A stretch of 64,000 nucleotides of DNA from an uncultured Candidatus Pelagibacter sp. (GCA_905616605.1 CAJQSY010000014.1:10543-74542), one strand, 5' to 3'. Shown: positions 30,027-39,044, counted from the stretch's first letter. Translations and numbers: made by a program. Notes: generated by a model not told the origin, from the letters alone.

Positions 30027-30627
30027 TTATCTCAAATAAAACAAACAAAGCTAATAGACTCATAAAAAATATTATCAATAGATTAATCTTTCTCCATATT
30101 TTATCACTTTGAAGATGTTTAGATAAAAATTTTGAAAGATATCCTATTGTAAAAAAGAAAAGAAATGATGCTATCGAGGCCCCAATTCCAAAATAGTATT
30201 TATCAATAGCTAATAAATTTTTAGAAAAATTTCCCAGAAAGAATACAGTATCTGAATAGACATGAGGGTTGAGATATGTGAAGGCTAGAGTTTTAGCTAT
30301 TATACCAGTTAATGATATGTTTTTTATTCCTTGATTAAAATTAATCTTATTTTTTTGGATAGAAATCTTTCCATAAATAAAATGAGCTAAAAATATGAAT
30401 AAGAGAATATTTAAAATAAGCTCTATTGTAGAATTAAAAAAATTGCCAAAATATTGAAATAAGAAAATACCTAAAAATATTAATATCAAGTCAGATATTG
30501 AACAAATTATACAAACAAGAAATATATATTGTTTTTTTAACCCTTGTTCTATTACAAAAATATTTTGAGCACCTATTGCTAAGATTAAACTAAGTCCAGT
30601 AAAAAACCCTAGTATTAAAAAACTCAT
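30019..30627 (-). CDS. LysE/ArgO family amino-acid exporter
   Basis: LILAIGAQNIFV and TYLNPHVY.DT motifs. Confidence 0.9.
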   Translation of the reverse strand: MSFLILGFFTGLSLILAIGAQNIFVIEQGLKKQYIFLVCIICSISDLILIFLGIFLFQYFGNFFNSTIELILNILLFIFLAHFIYGKISIQKNKINFNQGIKNISLTGIIAKTLAFTYLNPHVYSDTVFFLGNFSKNLLAIDKYYFGIGASIASFLFFFTIGYLSKFLSKHLQSDKIWRKINLLIIFFMSLLALFVLFEIIN

Positions 30628-30640
30628 TAATTACTTGAAA

Positions 30641-32122
30641 TTATGAATGACTAATCCAAATAGTCTTAGTCTGCAGGTATTGATCTAGAGCTTCTGTACC
30701 CTGATCTCTGCTTAATGAACCTGATTGTTTGTATCCACCAAATGGTGTTTTAATATCTCCCTCTGAGAAAGTGTTAACCGAAACAGTTCCACAAGGAAGA
30801 CTTTTAGCCATATGAAAAGCTCTATCAATGTCTTGAGTAAAAACACTAGCATGCAAACCGTACTTAGAGTTACTTGCTATTTTTAATGCTTCTTCATCAC
30901 TATTGATTGTAAGCACTCCCAATACTGGACCAAAAATTTCTTCCTGAGCAATTGTCATATTCTCTTTTAAACCATCAAATAAAGTTGGTTTTGCGTAAAA
31001 TCCTTTTTGATCACCACTTGATACACCTCCAAATAAAAGTTTAGCCCCTTCATCGATGCCTTTTTGAATATAGCCATCTACTGTTGCTAAGTGTTTTTTA
31101 GAAATCATTGATCCCATATTACTCTCTGGATCTAGCGGATCTCCAGCCTTAAGAACTTTTACTTTTTTTGAAACTTTATCTAAAAATTCATCTTTAACTT
31201 TACTATGAATTATCTGTCTCATATTTGCAGAACAGTTTTGGCCACCATTCCAAAAAGCAGAGTTAATTGCATTATCAATTAAATCATCTGTAATCTTTGC
31301 ATCTTCTAAAACTATGAATGGGCTTTTTCCGCCCATCTCTAAACCAATTGTTTTTAAATTACTTTCACCTGAATATTTCATGAATAAACCACCAACTTCA
31401 GTTGAACCTGTAAATGAAACTGCATCAACATCTTGATGTCTTCCTAGTGCTTCACCTACATCACCAAAACCTGGAATTATATTAAGAACTCCATCTGGAA
31501 TTCCTGCTTCCTTAGCAATTTGTGCAACTCTAATAGCAGTTAATGGTGTATCTTCTGCTGGTTTAATTATAATTGAACATCCCGCAGCTAATGCTGGAGC
31601 CATTTTCCATACTGCCATCATTAAAGGGAAATTCCATGGAACAACACCAGCAACTACTCCAATTGGTTCTTTAACAATTAAACTAGTTAGCGATGGTTCA
31701 GTTGGTCCAACTTTACCAAATACTTTGTCTATTAATTCTCCATACCATTGGAAATGCATTGGAGCATCATTTGCAACTTCGTTAATGCAATCACCAATTA
31801 ATTTTCCAGTATCTACACATTCAAGAACTGAATTTTCTTCACCTGTTTGTCTTAATAATTCTGCAAACTTTAGTAATATATCTTTTCTAAATTCTGGAGA
31901 TGTTCTTGACCAAACACCACTATTAAAAGCTTTTCTCGAAACTTTAACTGCTAAATCAACGTCTTTATGATTACATTTTGCTACAGAACAAAGGGTTTCA
32001 CCAGTTGCAGGATTAATATTCTCAAATTTTTCACCATCAATAGCATCAACATACTTGCCATCTATAAAGGCCCTACCCTCAAACTTTAATTTAGCTGCTA
32101 TTGCTTTGTAATCTGGATTCAT
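30641..32122 (-). CDS. Aldehyde dehydrogenase (PuuC/AldH-like)
   Basis: PWNFPL, FTGST, LEMGGKSP, GQNC catalytic Cys, EEIFGP and PFGGYKQSG motifs. Confidence 0.9.
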   Translation of the reverse strand: MNPDYKAIAAKLKFEGRAFIDGKYVDAIDGEKFENINPATGETLCSVAKCNHKDVDLAVKVSRKAFNSGVWSRTSPEFRKDILLKFAELLRQTGEENSVLECVDTGKLIGDCINEVANDAPMHFQWYGELIDKVFGKVGPTEPSLTSLIVKEPIGVVAGVVPWNFPLMMAVWKMAPALAAGCSIIIKPAEDTPLTAIRVAQIAKEAGIPDGVLNIIPGFGDVGEALGRHQDVDAVSFTGSTEVGGLFMKYSGESNLKTIGLEMGGKSPFIVLEDAKITDDLIDNAINSAFWNGGQNCSANMRQIIHSKVKDEFLDKVSKKVKVLKAGDPLDPESNMGSMISKKHLATVDGYIQKGIDEGAKLLFGGVSSGDQKGFYAKPTLFDGLKENMTIAQEEIFGPVLGVLTINSDEEALKIASNSKYGLHASVFTQDIDRAFHMAKSLPCGTVSVNTFSEGDIKTPFGGYKQSGSLSRDQGTEALDQYLQTKTIWISHS

Positions 32123-32166
32123 TTTATAGTGAAAAAGTATTCTAAAAATTCTTTATAGTAAAGATA

Positions 32167-32577
32167 CTAATCTGGATTAGCTGTAAGTGTTTTGATCTCT
32201 AGAACATTATTATTTGGATCCTGAACAAACATTGTCTCTTGCTCATATTCAGTTCCTTTAAATCTTAAGTAAGGTTCATCATGATACTTAACATTTTTTT
32301 CTTTAAGTCTATTTTTAAGTTCATTAAAATTTTTTCTTGATAAATGCACACCAAAATGAGGCACAGAAACATTACCCATATCCACATCATGTCTCTCATT
32401 TTCAAGCTTATGCTCACTTGCATGAAGAGTTAACTCATTTCCCCAAAAATCTACATCTGCCCATTCCTGAGCTGAATTATCTAATCTACAACCTAAAACC
32501 TCATTATAAAAATGTTTAGCTTTTTCTAAATCACCACATGGTATTGCTAAATGGAAGCAGTTAGTATTTTTGTACAT
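32167..32577 (-). CDS. VOC/glyoxalase family protein
   Basis: FHLAIP, VPHFG and EQ.TMF..DP.NN.LE.K motifs. Confidence 0.85.
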   Translation of the reverse strand: MYKNTNCFHLAIPCGDLEKAKHFYNEVLGCRLDNSAQEWADVDFWGNELTLHASEHKLENERHDVDMGNVSVPHFGVHLSRKNFNELKNRLKEKNVKYHDEPYLRFKGTEYEQETMFVQDPNNNVLEIKTLTANPD

Positions 32578-32660
32578 TAATTTTTTTCCTTTAAATTACA
32601 CATTTAGTCACTATATAAATCATAACTAATTATTAATCAATAGGTCAACCTAAGCACGCT

Positions 32661-33239
32661 ATGAGTGATTTTTTACAATCTATAATTGATAGAGATCCTG
32701 CCGCCAAGTCTAAGTTAAGTTTAATTTTAACTTATCCAGGAGTTAAGGCAGTATTTTTCCATAGAATTGCTAACTTTTTTTATCTAGCAAAGTTTGATCT
32801 TATTGCGAGATTTATCTCTCAACTATCCAGATTTTTAACAGGTATAGAAATTCATCCGGGTGCAAAAATTGGAAAAAATTTATTCATTGATCATGGTATG
32901 GGTGTTGTTATCGGTGAAACTTCTGAAATTGGAAATAACGTAACAATTTATCATATGGCAACACTAGGTGGAATAGCACCAAGTATTAATTCAAACCAAC
33001 AAAGAATGGTTAAAAGACATCCAACATTAAATGACTGTGTTGTTGTTGGCTCTGGTGCTCAAATATTGGGACCAGTGGTGATTGGAGCTAATGCTAAAAT
33101 TGGAGCAAATGCTGTAGTGACTAAAGACGTTCCAGAGAATGCAGTAATGGTTGGAATACCTGCTAAAAATGTTGGTACAGCCACAAAAGAGTTTAAACCT
33201 TATGCTGTTGAAGAGGCAGATAAAGATACTTCTAACTAA
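32661..33239 (+). CDS. cysE: Serine O-acetyltransferase
   Basis: [35 protein letters not shown] and hexapeptide repeats. Confidence 0.95.
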   Translation: MSDFLQSIIDRDPAAKSKLSLILTYPGVKAVFFHRIANFFYLAKFDLIARFISQLSRFLTGIEIHPGAKIGKNLFIDHGMGVVIGETSEIGNNVTIYHMATLGGIAPSINSNQQRMVKRHPTLNDCVVVGSGAQILGPVVIGANAKIGANAVVTKDVPENAVMVGIPAKNVGTATKEFKPYAVEEADKDTSN

Positions 33240-34240
33240 TGAAAAATTCTCACGATAATTTTATCTCGGGCATTGGCAATACACCACTAATCAAATTAAG
33301 AGCAGCTTCAGAAATTACTGGTTGCAATATTTACGGTAAAGCTGAATTTATGAATCCAGGTGGCTCAGTTAAAGATAGAGCTGCGCTTGCTTTAATTAAA
33401 GATGCTGAAAGTAAAAAACTAATTTCAAAAGGTGGGACTATTGTTGAGGGTACTGCTGGCAACACCGGTATTGGTTTATGTCTACTTGGTAATTCACTTG
33501 GTTATAAAACAATAATTGTAATGAATGATAATCAAACTCAAGAGAAAAAAGATCTACTTAAAAATATGGGTGCTGATCTCAGGTTGGTTCCAGCAAAACC
33601 ATATAAAGATGAAGCTAATTTTGTAAAAGTTGCTGCAAAACTTGCTGAAGAATTAAGACCATCAAATAACAATGGTGTTGTTTGGGCCAATCAGTTTGAT
33701 AATATTGCAAATGCTAAAGGTCACTATGAAGGTACGGGACAAGAAATTTGGGAACAAACCGAAGGTAAAGTAGATGGTTTTGTATGTTCATCTGGAACTG
33801 GTGGAACAATTTCTGGAGTAAGTAATGCTCTTAAAGAAAAGAATAAAGATATTAAAATATTTCTATCAGATCCTAAAGGTTCTGCTCTTTATAACTATAT
33901 AAAAAATGGTGAGTTAAAATCTGAAGGTGGCTCAATTACGGAAGGTATAGGCTCAAGTCGAATTACTAAAAACTTTGAAGATGCTAAAATTGATGATGCT
34001 TACTCTATTGATGATCATGAAGCTCTTCCAATATTATATGATTTAATTGAAAACGAAGGTTTAAACCTAGGTACTAGTTGTGGAATCAATATTGCTGGAG
34101 CCATTAAAATGGGCAAAGAACTTGGGCCTGGTAAAACTATCGTCACAATACTTTGTGATAGAAGTGATAAATACTCAACTAAAATGTTTAATAAGAAATT
34201 TTTACAAGAAAAAGGGCTACCCTTTCCTCATTGGATTTAA
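33239..34240 (+). CDS. cysK: Cysteine synthase
   Basis: IGNTPLI, KAEFMNPGGSVKDR, EGTAGNTG, GTGGT and TEGIG motifs. Confidence 0.9.
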   Translation: MKNSHDNFISGIGNTPLIKLRAASEITGCNIYGKAEFMNPGGSVKDRAALALIKDAESKKLISKGGTIVEGTAGNTGIGLCLLGNSLGYKTIIVMNDNQTQEKKDLLKNMGADLRLVPAKPYKDEANFVKVAAKLAEELRPSNNNGVVWANQFDNIANAKGHYEGTGQEIWEQTEGKVDGFVCSSGTGGTISGVSNALKEKNKDIKIFLSDPKGSALYNYIKNGELKSEGGSITEGIGSSRITKNFEDAKIDDAYSIDDHEALPILYDLIENEGLNLGTSCGINIAGAIKMGKELGPGKTIVTILCDRSDKYSTKMFNKKFLQEKGLPFPHWI

Positions 34241-34668
34241 GGATATATTTTATCTGCCAATCCATAACAAAGGATTGCACTGAGTAACGTTAATATCCCT
34301 GGAGCTATAATACCTTCTACAGAAGTCTTTTCATTATTACCAAGTTTGCTTATTTTAATACTATAAAATCCAACCAAGAAAGCTGATAAATTTTGTAAGA
34401 AGATTAAGTTAAAAAATGCCCAAGTATTCTCTAAGCCAATATCACCATGAATCATTGGTCTTATAAAAATAATATATAATGCCATTATCACTGAACCCAA
34501 AAACATAGCTCCAAAAAATCTAGTCATTGTAGCTGCTGAGTGATCCACACCATATTGATCTAAGAAGGATTTAGTAGAAACAATGCATCTGTATCCATAG
34601 ACTGCGTAAGCTAGAAAATGCATAGTAAAAACAATTAGATAAATAATTCCGTTAAAGTGTTCAATCAT
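34237..34668 (-). CDS. Hypothetical membrane protein (about 4 TM)
   Basis: 143-aa hydrophobic ORF convergent with cysK. Confidence 0.7.
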   Translation of the reverse strand: MIEHFNGIIYLIVFTMHFLAYAVYGYRCIVSTKSFLDQYGVDHSAATMTRFFGAMFLGSVIMALYIIFIRPMIHGDIGLENTWAFFNLIFLQNLSAFLVGFYSIKISKLGNNEKTSVEGIIAPGILTLLSAILCYGLADKIYP

Positions 34669-34864
34669 AAATTTAGTATTTTAAAATACCACTATAATAC
34701 AGCACTTTTATTAAATCTCGTAAGCTTTAAGCGCACAGTAAAGAATTAAAATACAAATAAATTTATATAAGAATGCCTTGCGGAAACTAAAAAACTTAAT
34801 CGCGACAAAAATAACATTTTAAAAAATTAAATCATTATTTAGGTTAGAATGGTAATAATTTTAT

Positions 34865-36202
34865 ATGAAAAAATACGACTTAATTGTTATTGGTGCTGGA
34901 TCTGGTGGCGTAAGAGCTGCAAGAATTGCAGCAAATCATGGAGCTACAGTTTTAATTGCAGAGGGCTTAAATTATGGAGGTACTTGCGTTAATAGGGGGT
35001 GTGTTCCAAAAAAACTTTTTACTTATGCGGCCCAGTTTAATAGTGACTTTGATACTGCCAAATCTTATGGTTGGGAGGTTCCAGATCAAATCCCTTTTAA
35101 CTGGCAAACATTAATTAAAAACAAAGATCAAGAAATTGAACGATTAAATAATATTTACAAGTCTATTTTAGAAAAAAATAAAGTAGATCGAATTGATGGC
35201 TATGCATCGTTTAAAGATTCTCACATAATAGAAATAAACAATGAAGTATTTAAAGGAAAAAAAATTTTAATAGCATCGGGTGGAATTTGTAACAAGCCTG
35301 CTTATACTGCAAAAGATAAAGTTTTGACATCAGATGATATCTTTCACATCAAGAAACTGCCTAAGGATATTTGTATTTTAGGTGCTGGCTATATTGCAGT
35401 TGAATTTGCATGCATAATGAACGGTTTAGGAGTTAAAACGACTTTAATTTACCGTGGTGAAAGAATTTTAAAAAGTTTTGATCAAGACTTAACTAATTTA
35501 CTACAGGATGAAATGATCAAAAAAGGAATTGATATAAAATTTAATACAAATATTGAAGATATTGTTGAAAAAAATGAAGGATTAGAAATCAAAATTAAAC
35601 AAGGACCCAGTATAAAAGTAGCCTGTGTTTTATCAGCCCTTGGAAGATCTCCAAATGTTGATCAACTCAATCTTGATAAGATTGGTATTCTGCAGAAAAA
35701 AAATGGGGCTATTATTGTTGATGATTTTTCAAAAACAAATATTGATCATATTTATGCAATAGGTGATGTAACTGATAGGGTCAACTTAACTCCCGTTGCA
35801 ATTAGAGAAGGTCATGCGTTTGCAGATACTGAATTTGGTAACAATAAAAGATCAGCTTCACATAAAAATATACCTTCCACTGTTTTCACAGATCCACCTT
35901 TATCTACCGTTGGTATAACTAGTGAAGAAGCTCTAAAACTAGAAATTAAAGTTAAAACATTTAAAACTCAATTCGCACCAATGAAATATACTTTTGCTGA
36001 TAAAAAACCTAAAATTTTAATGAAGCTATTAGTTGATGATAAAACTGATAAAGTTTTAGGAATTCATATGTTGGGCCAAGACAGTCCTGAAATTATTCAA
36101 AGTTTAGCTGTTGCTTTAACTGCTGGGGCTACTAAAAAAGACTTTGATAACACAACAGCCATACATCCAACATCTTCTGAGGAATTTGTTACCTTAAGCT
36201 AA
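34865..36202 (+). CDS. gor: Glutathione-disulfide reductase
   Basis: GAGSGG, GGTCVNRGCVPKK redox disulfide, GAGYIAVE and HPTSSEE motifs. Confidence 0.95.
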   Translation: MKKYDLIVIGAGSGGVRAARIAANHGATVLIAEGLNYGGTCVNRGCVPKKLFTYAAQFNSDFDTAKSYGWEVPDQIPFNWQTLIKNKDQEIERLNNIYKSILEKNKVDRIDGYASFKDSHIIEINNEVFKGKKILIASGGICNKPAYTAKDKVLTSDDIFHIKKLPKDICILGAGYIAVEFACIMNGLGVKTTLIYRGERILKSFDQDLTNLLQDEMIKKGIDIKFNTNIEDIVEKNEGLEIKIKQGPSIKVACVLSALGRSPNVDQLNLDKIGILQKKNGAIIVDDFSKTNIDHIYAIGDVTDRVNLTPVAIREGHAFADTEFGNNKRSASHKNIPSTVFTDPPLSTVGITSEEALKLEIKVKTFKTQFAPMKYTFADKKPKILMKLLVDDKTDKVLGIHMLGQDSPEIIQSLAVALTAGATKKDFDNTTAIHPTSSEEFVTLS

Positions 36203-36319
36203 ATAACTACCTATCAATTTTCTTGAGACATTTTGCACATACTAAGTGACAATAATAGCTATGTTAATAGACTGAGAAATTCATACTGTCATTACTTTAA
36301 TTACAAACAAAGGAAACAT

Positions 36320-36526
36320 ATGAAAAAAATAGTAATAACATTATTCTTAGTACTTTTCACAAGTTCTGTTTATGCAGGTTCTTGCCCAATGATGGCAAAA
36401 AGCATAGATGATAAAATTGCAGAAGCACAAATGCTAAGAGATCAAGGTATGGCAGCACACGATGCTGGTGACCATGCAAAATCAGAAGAACTTTTGGGTA
36501 AAGCTATGGAGCTTTTTAAAAGTTAA
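36320..36526 (+). CDS. Small secreted Met/His-rich helical protein (68 aa)
   Basis: AAAGGA RBS before ATG 36320; signal peptide ending VYA; mature part GSCPMM...HDAGDH. Confidence 0.75.
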   Translation: MKKIVITLFLVLFTSSVYAGSCPMMAKSIDDKIAEAQMLRDQGMAAHDAGDHAKSEELLGKAMELFKS

Positions 36527-36541
36527 CAAATAATTATATAT

Positions 36542-36586
36542 TTAGCGGGATTTCATTTAAAGCTATTAAATGAATCTCGCTAATTT
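36542..36586 (+). terminator. Long-stem terminator
   Basis: TTAGCGGGATTTCATTTAA-agcta-TTAAATGAATCTCGCTAA. Confidence 0.75.
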
Positions 36587-36714
36587 GTACGCATTCTTAA
36601 TATTAGCTGTTATTTAAGTGTCATATCAAATAGTTTTTCTAAAATTACATTACTTCTTCAAATCAACTAAAAAACGTAGTTACAAAATTAATAAATAATA
36701 CAAAGGTTAAAAAT

Positions 36715-36924
36715 ATGACTGGTCAAAGACGTTGGTTAAAAATATGGGCTAGAACAGTTGGAATGCCAATTGGTATTAATGATGAAGATAAGCCTGAGTT
36801 TTTACCTATTAAACAAACAGATGTTAAGAAAGCATTAGCTTTTAGAACATTCTGGGTTCTGCTTCATGTTCTAACTTGTCTCTTAATTATTGCTGGTAAT
36901 GGCAGAGTAATGGGTTGGTGGTAA
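36715..36924 (+). CDS. Small hypothetical membrane protein
   Basis: AAAGG RBS; 69 aa with a C-terminal TM helix. Confidence 0.7.
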   Translation: MTGQRRWLKIWARTVGMPIGINDEDKPEFLPIKQTDVKKALAFRTFWVLLHVLTCLLIIAGNGRVMGWW

Positions 36925-36984
36925 TTAAAAAATATTAATAAAAACATTGTTTGTCACGGTAATATTTCATGTATATTTTGACCA

Positions 36985-37049
36985 CATAGATTGTAATACA
37001 AATCTCCTTAATTAATAGAGTTGGGATTTTCTTAAGTGTCCCAACTTTA
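36985..37049 (+). ncRNA. Candidate ~65-nt sRNA with anti-SD CUCCUU
   Basis: TTGTCA-17 nt-TATTTT promoter candidate, 5' hairpin, CTCCTT at 37004-37009, 3' stem AGTTGGGA/TCCCAACT plus a short U tail. Confidence 0.4.
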
Positions 37050-37071
37050 AATAATAAATAAAAAAGGTTTT

Positions 37072-37401
37072 ATGTATTTGGCAATGAGTAGACTTCAAGT
37101 TATGTCTGGCAAAGAAAATGAATTTGAAACAGCTTGGAAAAATCGTGAACAAGAGACTCATGGTGTGAAAGGCTTTAAGAAATTCAACTTATTCAAAGGT
37201 AAGGTAAATGAAGAATTCTCTCTTTATATTTTTCATAGTGAATGGAATACCGAGAGTGACTTTATTAACTGGACAAAATCTGATTCATTTCAATTAGCTC
37301 ATAAAAATCCTACACTACAAGGAAATTTATATCTTGGACCCCCAAATTTTAATGGATATGTAGGGTTTCCTGATTTTGAAGGTTTTAAAGTAGTTATATA
37401 A
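37072..37401 (+). CDS. Antibiotic biosynthesis monooxygenase / IsdG-HmuQ-like protein
   Basis: MY.AM.R..V..G.E..FE..W, GF..F.L, W.....F..WTKS.SF..AH and P.FEGF motifs. Confidence 0.8.
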   Translation: MYLAMSRLQVMSGKENEFETAWKNREQETHGVKGFKKFNLFKGKVNEEFSLYIFHSEWNTESDFINWTKSDSFQLAHKNPTLQGNLYLGPPNFNGYVGFPDFEGFKVVI

Positions 37402-37431
37402 TTTTAAAAAGATTTCATTTAAGATAATTAA

Positions 37432-37764
37432 ATGAACATGACAACTTCATATTTATTTCTGATTTTAGCTGTTTTTTTAGGAGTCACATCAAATAGTTTT
37501 GCAAAAAATGCTGAAGGCTTTACCCTTCTCTTTCCAAGTATTATCACAGGAATTACAATCGTTTTATGTATGTATGCTTTATCTTTGGTTATGAAAAATA
37601 TCCCAATGGGAATTACCTATGCTTCATTTGCTGGATTAACAATTATTTCAACTGTAATTGTTGGTGTAATTAGATTTAATCAAGTACCAAATATTTATTC
37701 AATGATTGGTTTGGGTTTAATTATTATAGGTGTATTAATGGTCAACTTATTAGGAAATAATTAA
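37432..37764 (+). CDS. SMR/DMT family transporter (EmrE-like, non-canonical)
   Basis: Four TM segments, K..EGF, IP.GI.YA and G..LII.GV; the Glu14 position is Gly. Confidence 0.8.
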   Translation: MNMTTSYLFLILAVFLGVTSNSFAKNAEGFTLLFPSIITGITIVLCMYALSLVMKNIPMGITYASFAGLTIISTVIVGVIRFNQVPNIYSMIGLGLIIIGVLMVNLLGNN

Positions 37765-37766
37765 TT

Positions 37767-37994
37767 ATGATTTCAAAAAAATATTCTCAAACTTTATTTA
37801 TGATTTTTATGGCTTTTGGAATGAGTGTTATAATGAGTGGTGTTGTTACTGCTGTAAATACCGGTATTGGTAATGGGTTCTTAGAAAGATATTTTAACTC
37901 TTGGTTATTTGCTTTTCCAGTTGCATTATTTGCAGCTTTTACTCTAGCCCCAATTATGAGACCTCTAGTTAATAAAATTGCATCAAAAGATTAA
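37767..37994 (+). CDS. DUF2798-like membrane protein
   Basis: MS..MS...T..N.G....F...W..AFPVA pattern. Confidence 0.75.
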   Translation: MISKKYSQTLFMIFMAFGMSVIMSGVVTAVNTGIGNGFLERYFNSWLFAFPVALFAAFTLAPIMRPLVNKIASKD

Positions 37995-37996
37995 TC

Positions 37997-38332
37997 ATGA
38001 AACCATTTTATGGCTATATAATTTTAAGTGTTGGAATATTAACTGGTATTGCTGCTAATAGTTTTGCAAAAATATCAGATGGATTTTCAAAATTAACACC
38101 TACTATTGCGTGTTTAATTTTAATGTGTGTAACAATGTTTTGCCTGTCAAGGGCAATGTCCGTAATTCCAGTTGGTTTTGCATACTCCACTTATAGTGGA
38201 TTAACAGTTACAGGTGTTTTGATATTTGCCATGATTAAATATAATCAAATTCCAAATCTGTATGGAATTATAGGAATTTTTTTAATTATCATTGGAGTGG
38301 TTATGGTTAATTCTTTAGGAAGATTAACTTAA
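37997..38332 (+). CDS. SMR/DMT family transporter (second paralog, non-canonical)
   Basis: K.SDGF, IPVG.AY and GI.LII.GV; the Glu14 position is Gly. Confidence 0.8.
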   Translation: MKPFYGYIILSVGILTGIAANSFAKISDGFSKLTPTIACLILMCVTMFCLSRAMSVIPVGFAYSTYSGLTVTGVLIFAMIKYNQIPNLYGIIGIFLIIIGVVMVNSLGRLT

Positions 38333-38462
38333 AACTAAAAAAAATTTTATAATTTTTTACGGAAAAAAATATTGTAAGAGTAGTTCTTAAAATTATCGAA
38401 ATTCTATTACTTCATAAAGTTGCATTCAATAAATATATTTAACATAAAACTAAATAAATGTT

Positions 38463-38491
38463 TTGAATACAATATTTAGAAATGTTATTAT
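38463..38491 (+). promoter_or_regulatory. Near-consensus sigma70 promoter
   Basis: TTGAAT(38463)-17 nt-TATTAT(38486) with extended -10 TG. Confidence 0.65.
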
Positions 38492-38497
38492 ATAAGT

Positions 38498-38667
38498 ACC
38501 AATAAAGGAGGATGATTATGAATTTATCACCACCTGACACATAACTGGTGTGATTAAATAATCAAAGACTAGAAAAGACAAAAAAAAATAAATCCATTAT
38601 GGATTTTAGCGTATACCGCTGACTTACAGGGGAACTCTTTTGGAGTTTACCGAAAGGGTGACCCCCT
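38498..38667 (+). ncRNA. Candidate structured RNA containing the 8-codon ORF MNLSPPDT* (38518-38544)
   Basis: AAGGAGG SD, mini-ORF, three hairpins and a GC-rich three-way junction; no downstream same-strand gene. Confidence 0.6.
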
Positions 38668-39011
38668 TAGAAATTAGCTGGTAGATTGTGAGAGCCATCA
38701 TCATTTAAGGTAATTTCAAATTCATCAACAACATTAGACATATCAAGCACAGAATATAAATGAGGAAACATGTTTCCATCAGATGCTTGTTCCCACAATA
38801 AATGATCAAGTTTTAAAGTATCTACTTTTAATAAGATTAAATCTTTTTGATTAGTGTAAAATTTCTTGAGCGTATCTTCAACCTGATCTTCACCAGAAAA
38901 ATGGATATAACCATCTTCTAAATCTTTTTTTGATCCTGTTAGTTGACCCTTTTTTTTATACTTATCCCATTCAAATTTAGAGCATATTTTATAAACAAAC
39001 TTAAAATTCAT
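38667..39011 (-). CDS. DUF952 family protein
   Basis: YKI, GS..D..DGYIHFS..Q and FPHLY motifs. Confidence 0.85.
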   Translation of the reverse strand: MNFKFVYKICSKFEWDKYKKKGQLTGSKKDLEDGYIHFSGEDQVEDTLKKFYTNQKDLILLKVDTLKLDHLLWEQASDGNMFPHLYSVLDMSNVVDEFEITLNDDGSHNLPANF

Positions 39012-39044
39012 TCAAAATTTATAGTATTTGGTGAGGATTTTAAC

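Noticed and set aside
34669-34864. Relatively long divergent spacer before gor
   Set aside because: No convincing hairpin, repeat or ORF seen; likely just two promoters.
36233-36319. Longer 97-aa version of the secreted protein
   Set aside because: TTG start without an RBS; the ATG at 36320 has an RBS and begins a clean signal peptide.
38590-38667. tRNA, hammerhead ribozyme, Moco riboswitch or retron msr-msd interpretation of the GC-rich structure
   Set aside because: No cloverleaf, T-loop or CCA; no CUGANGA core; no downstream regulated gene; no reverse transcriptase in the window.
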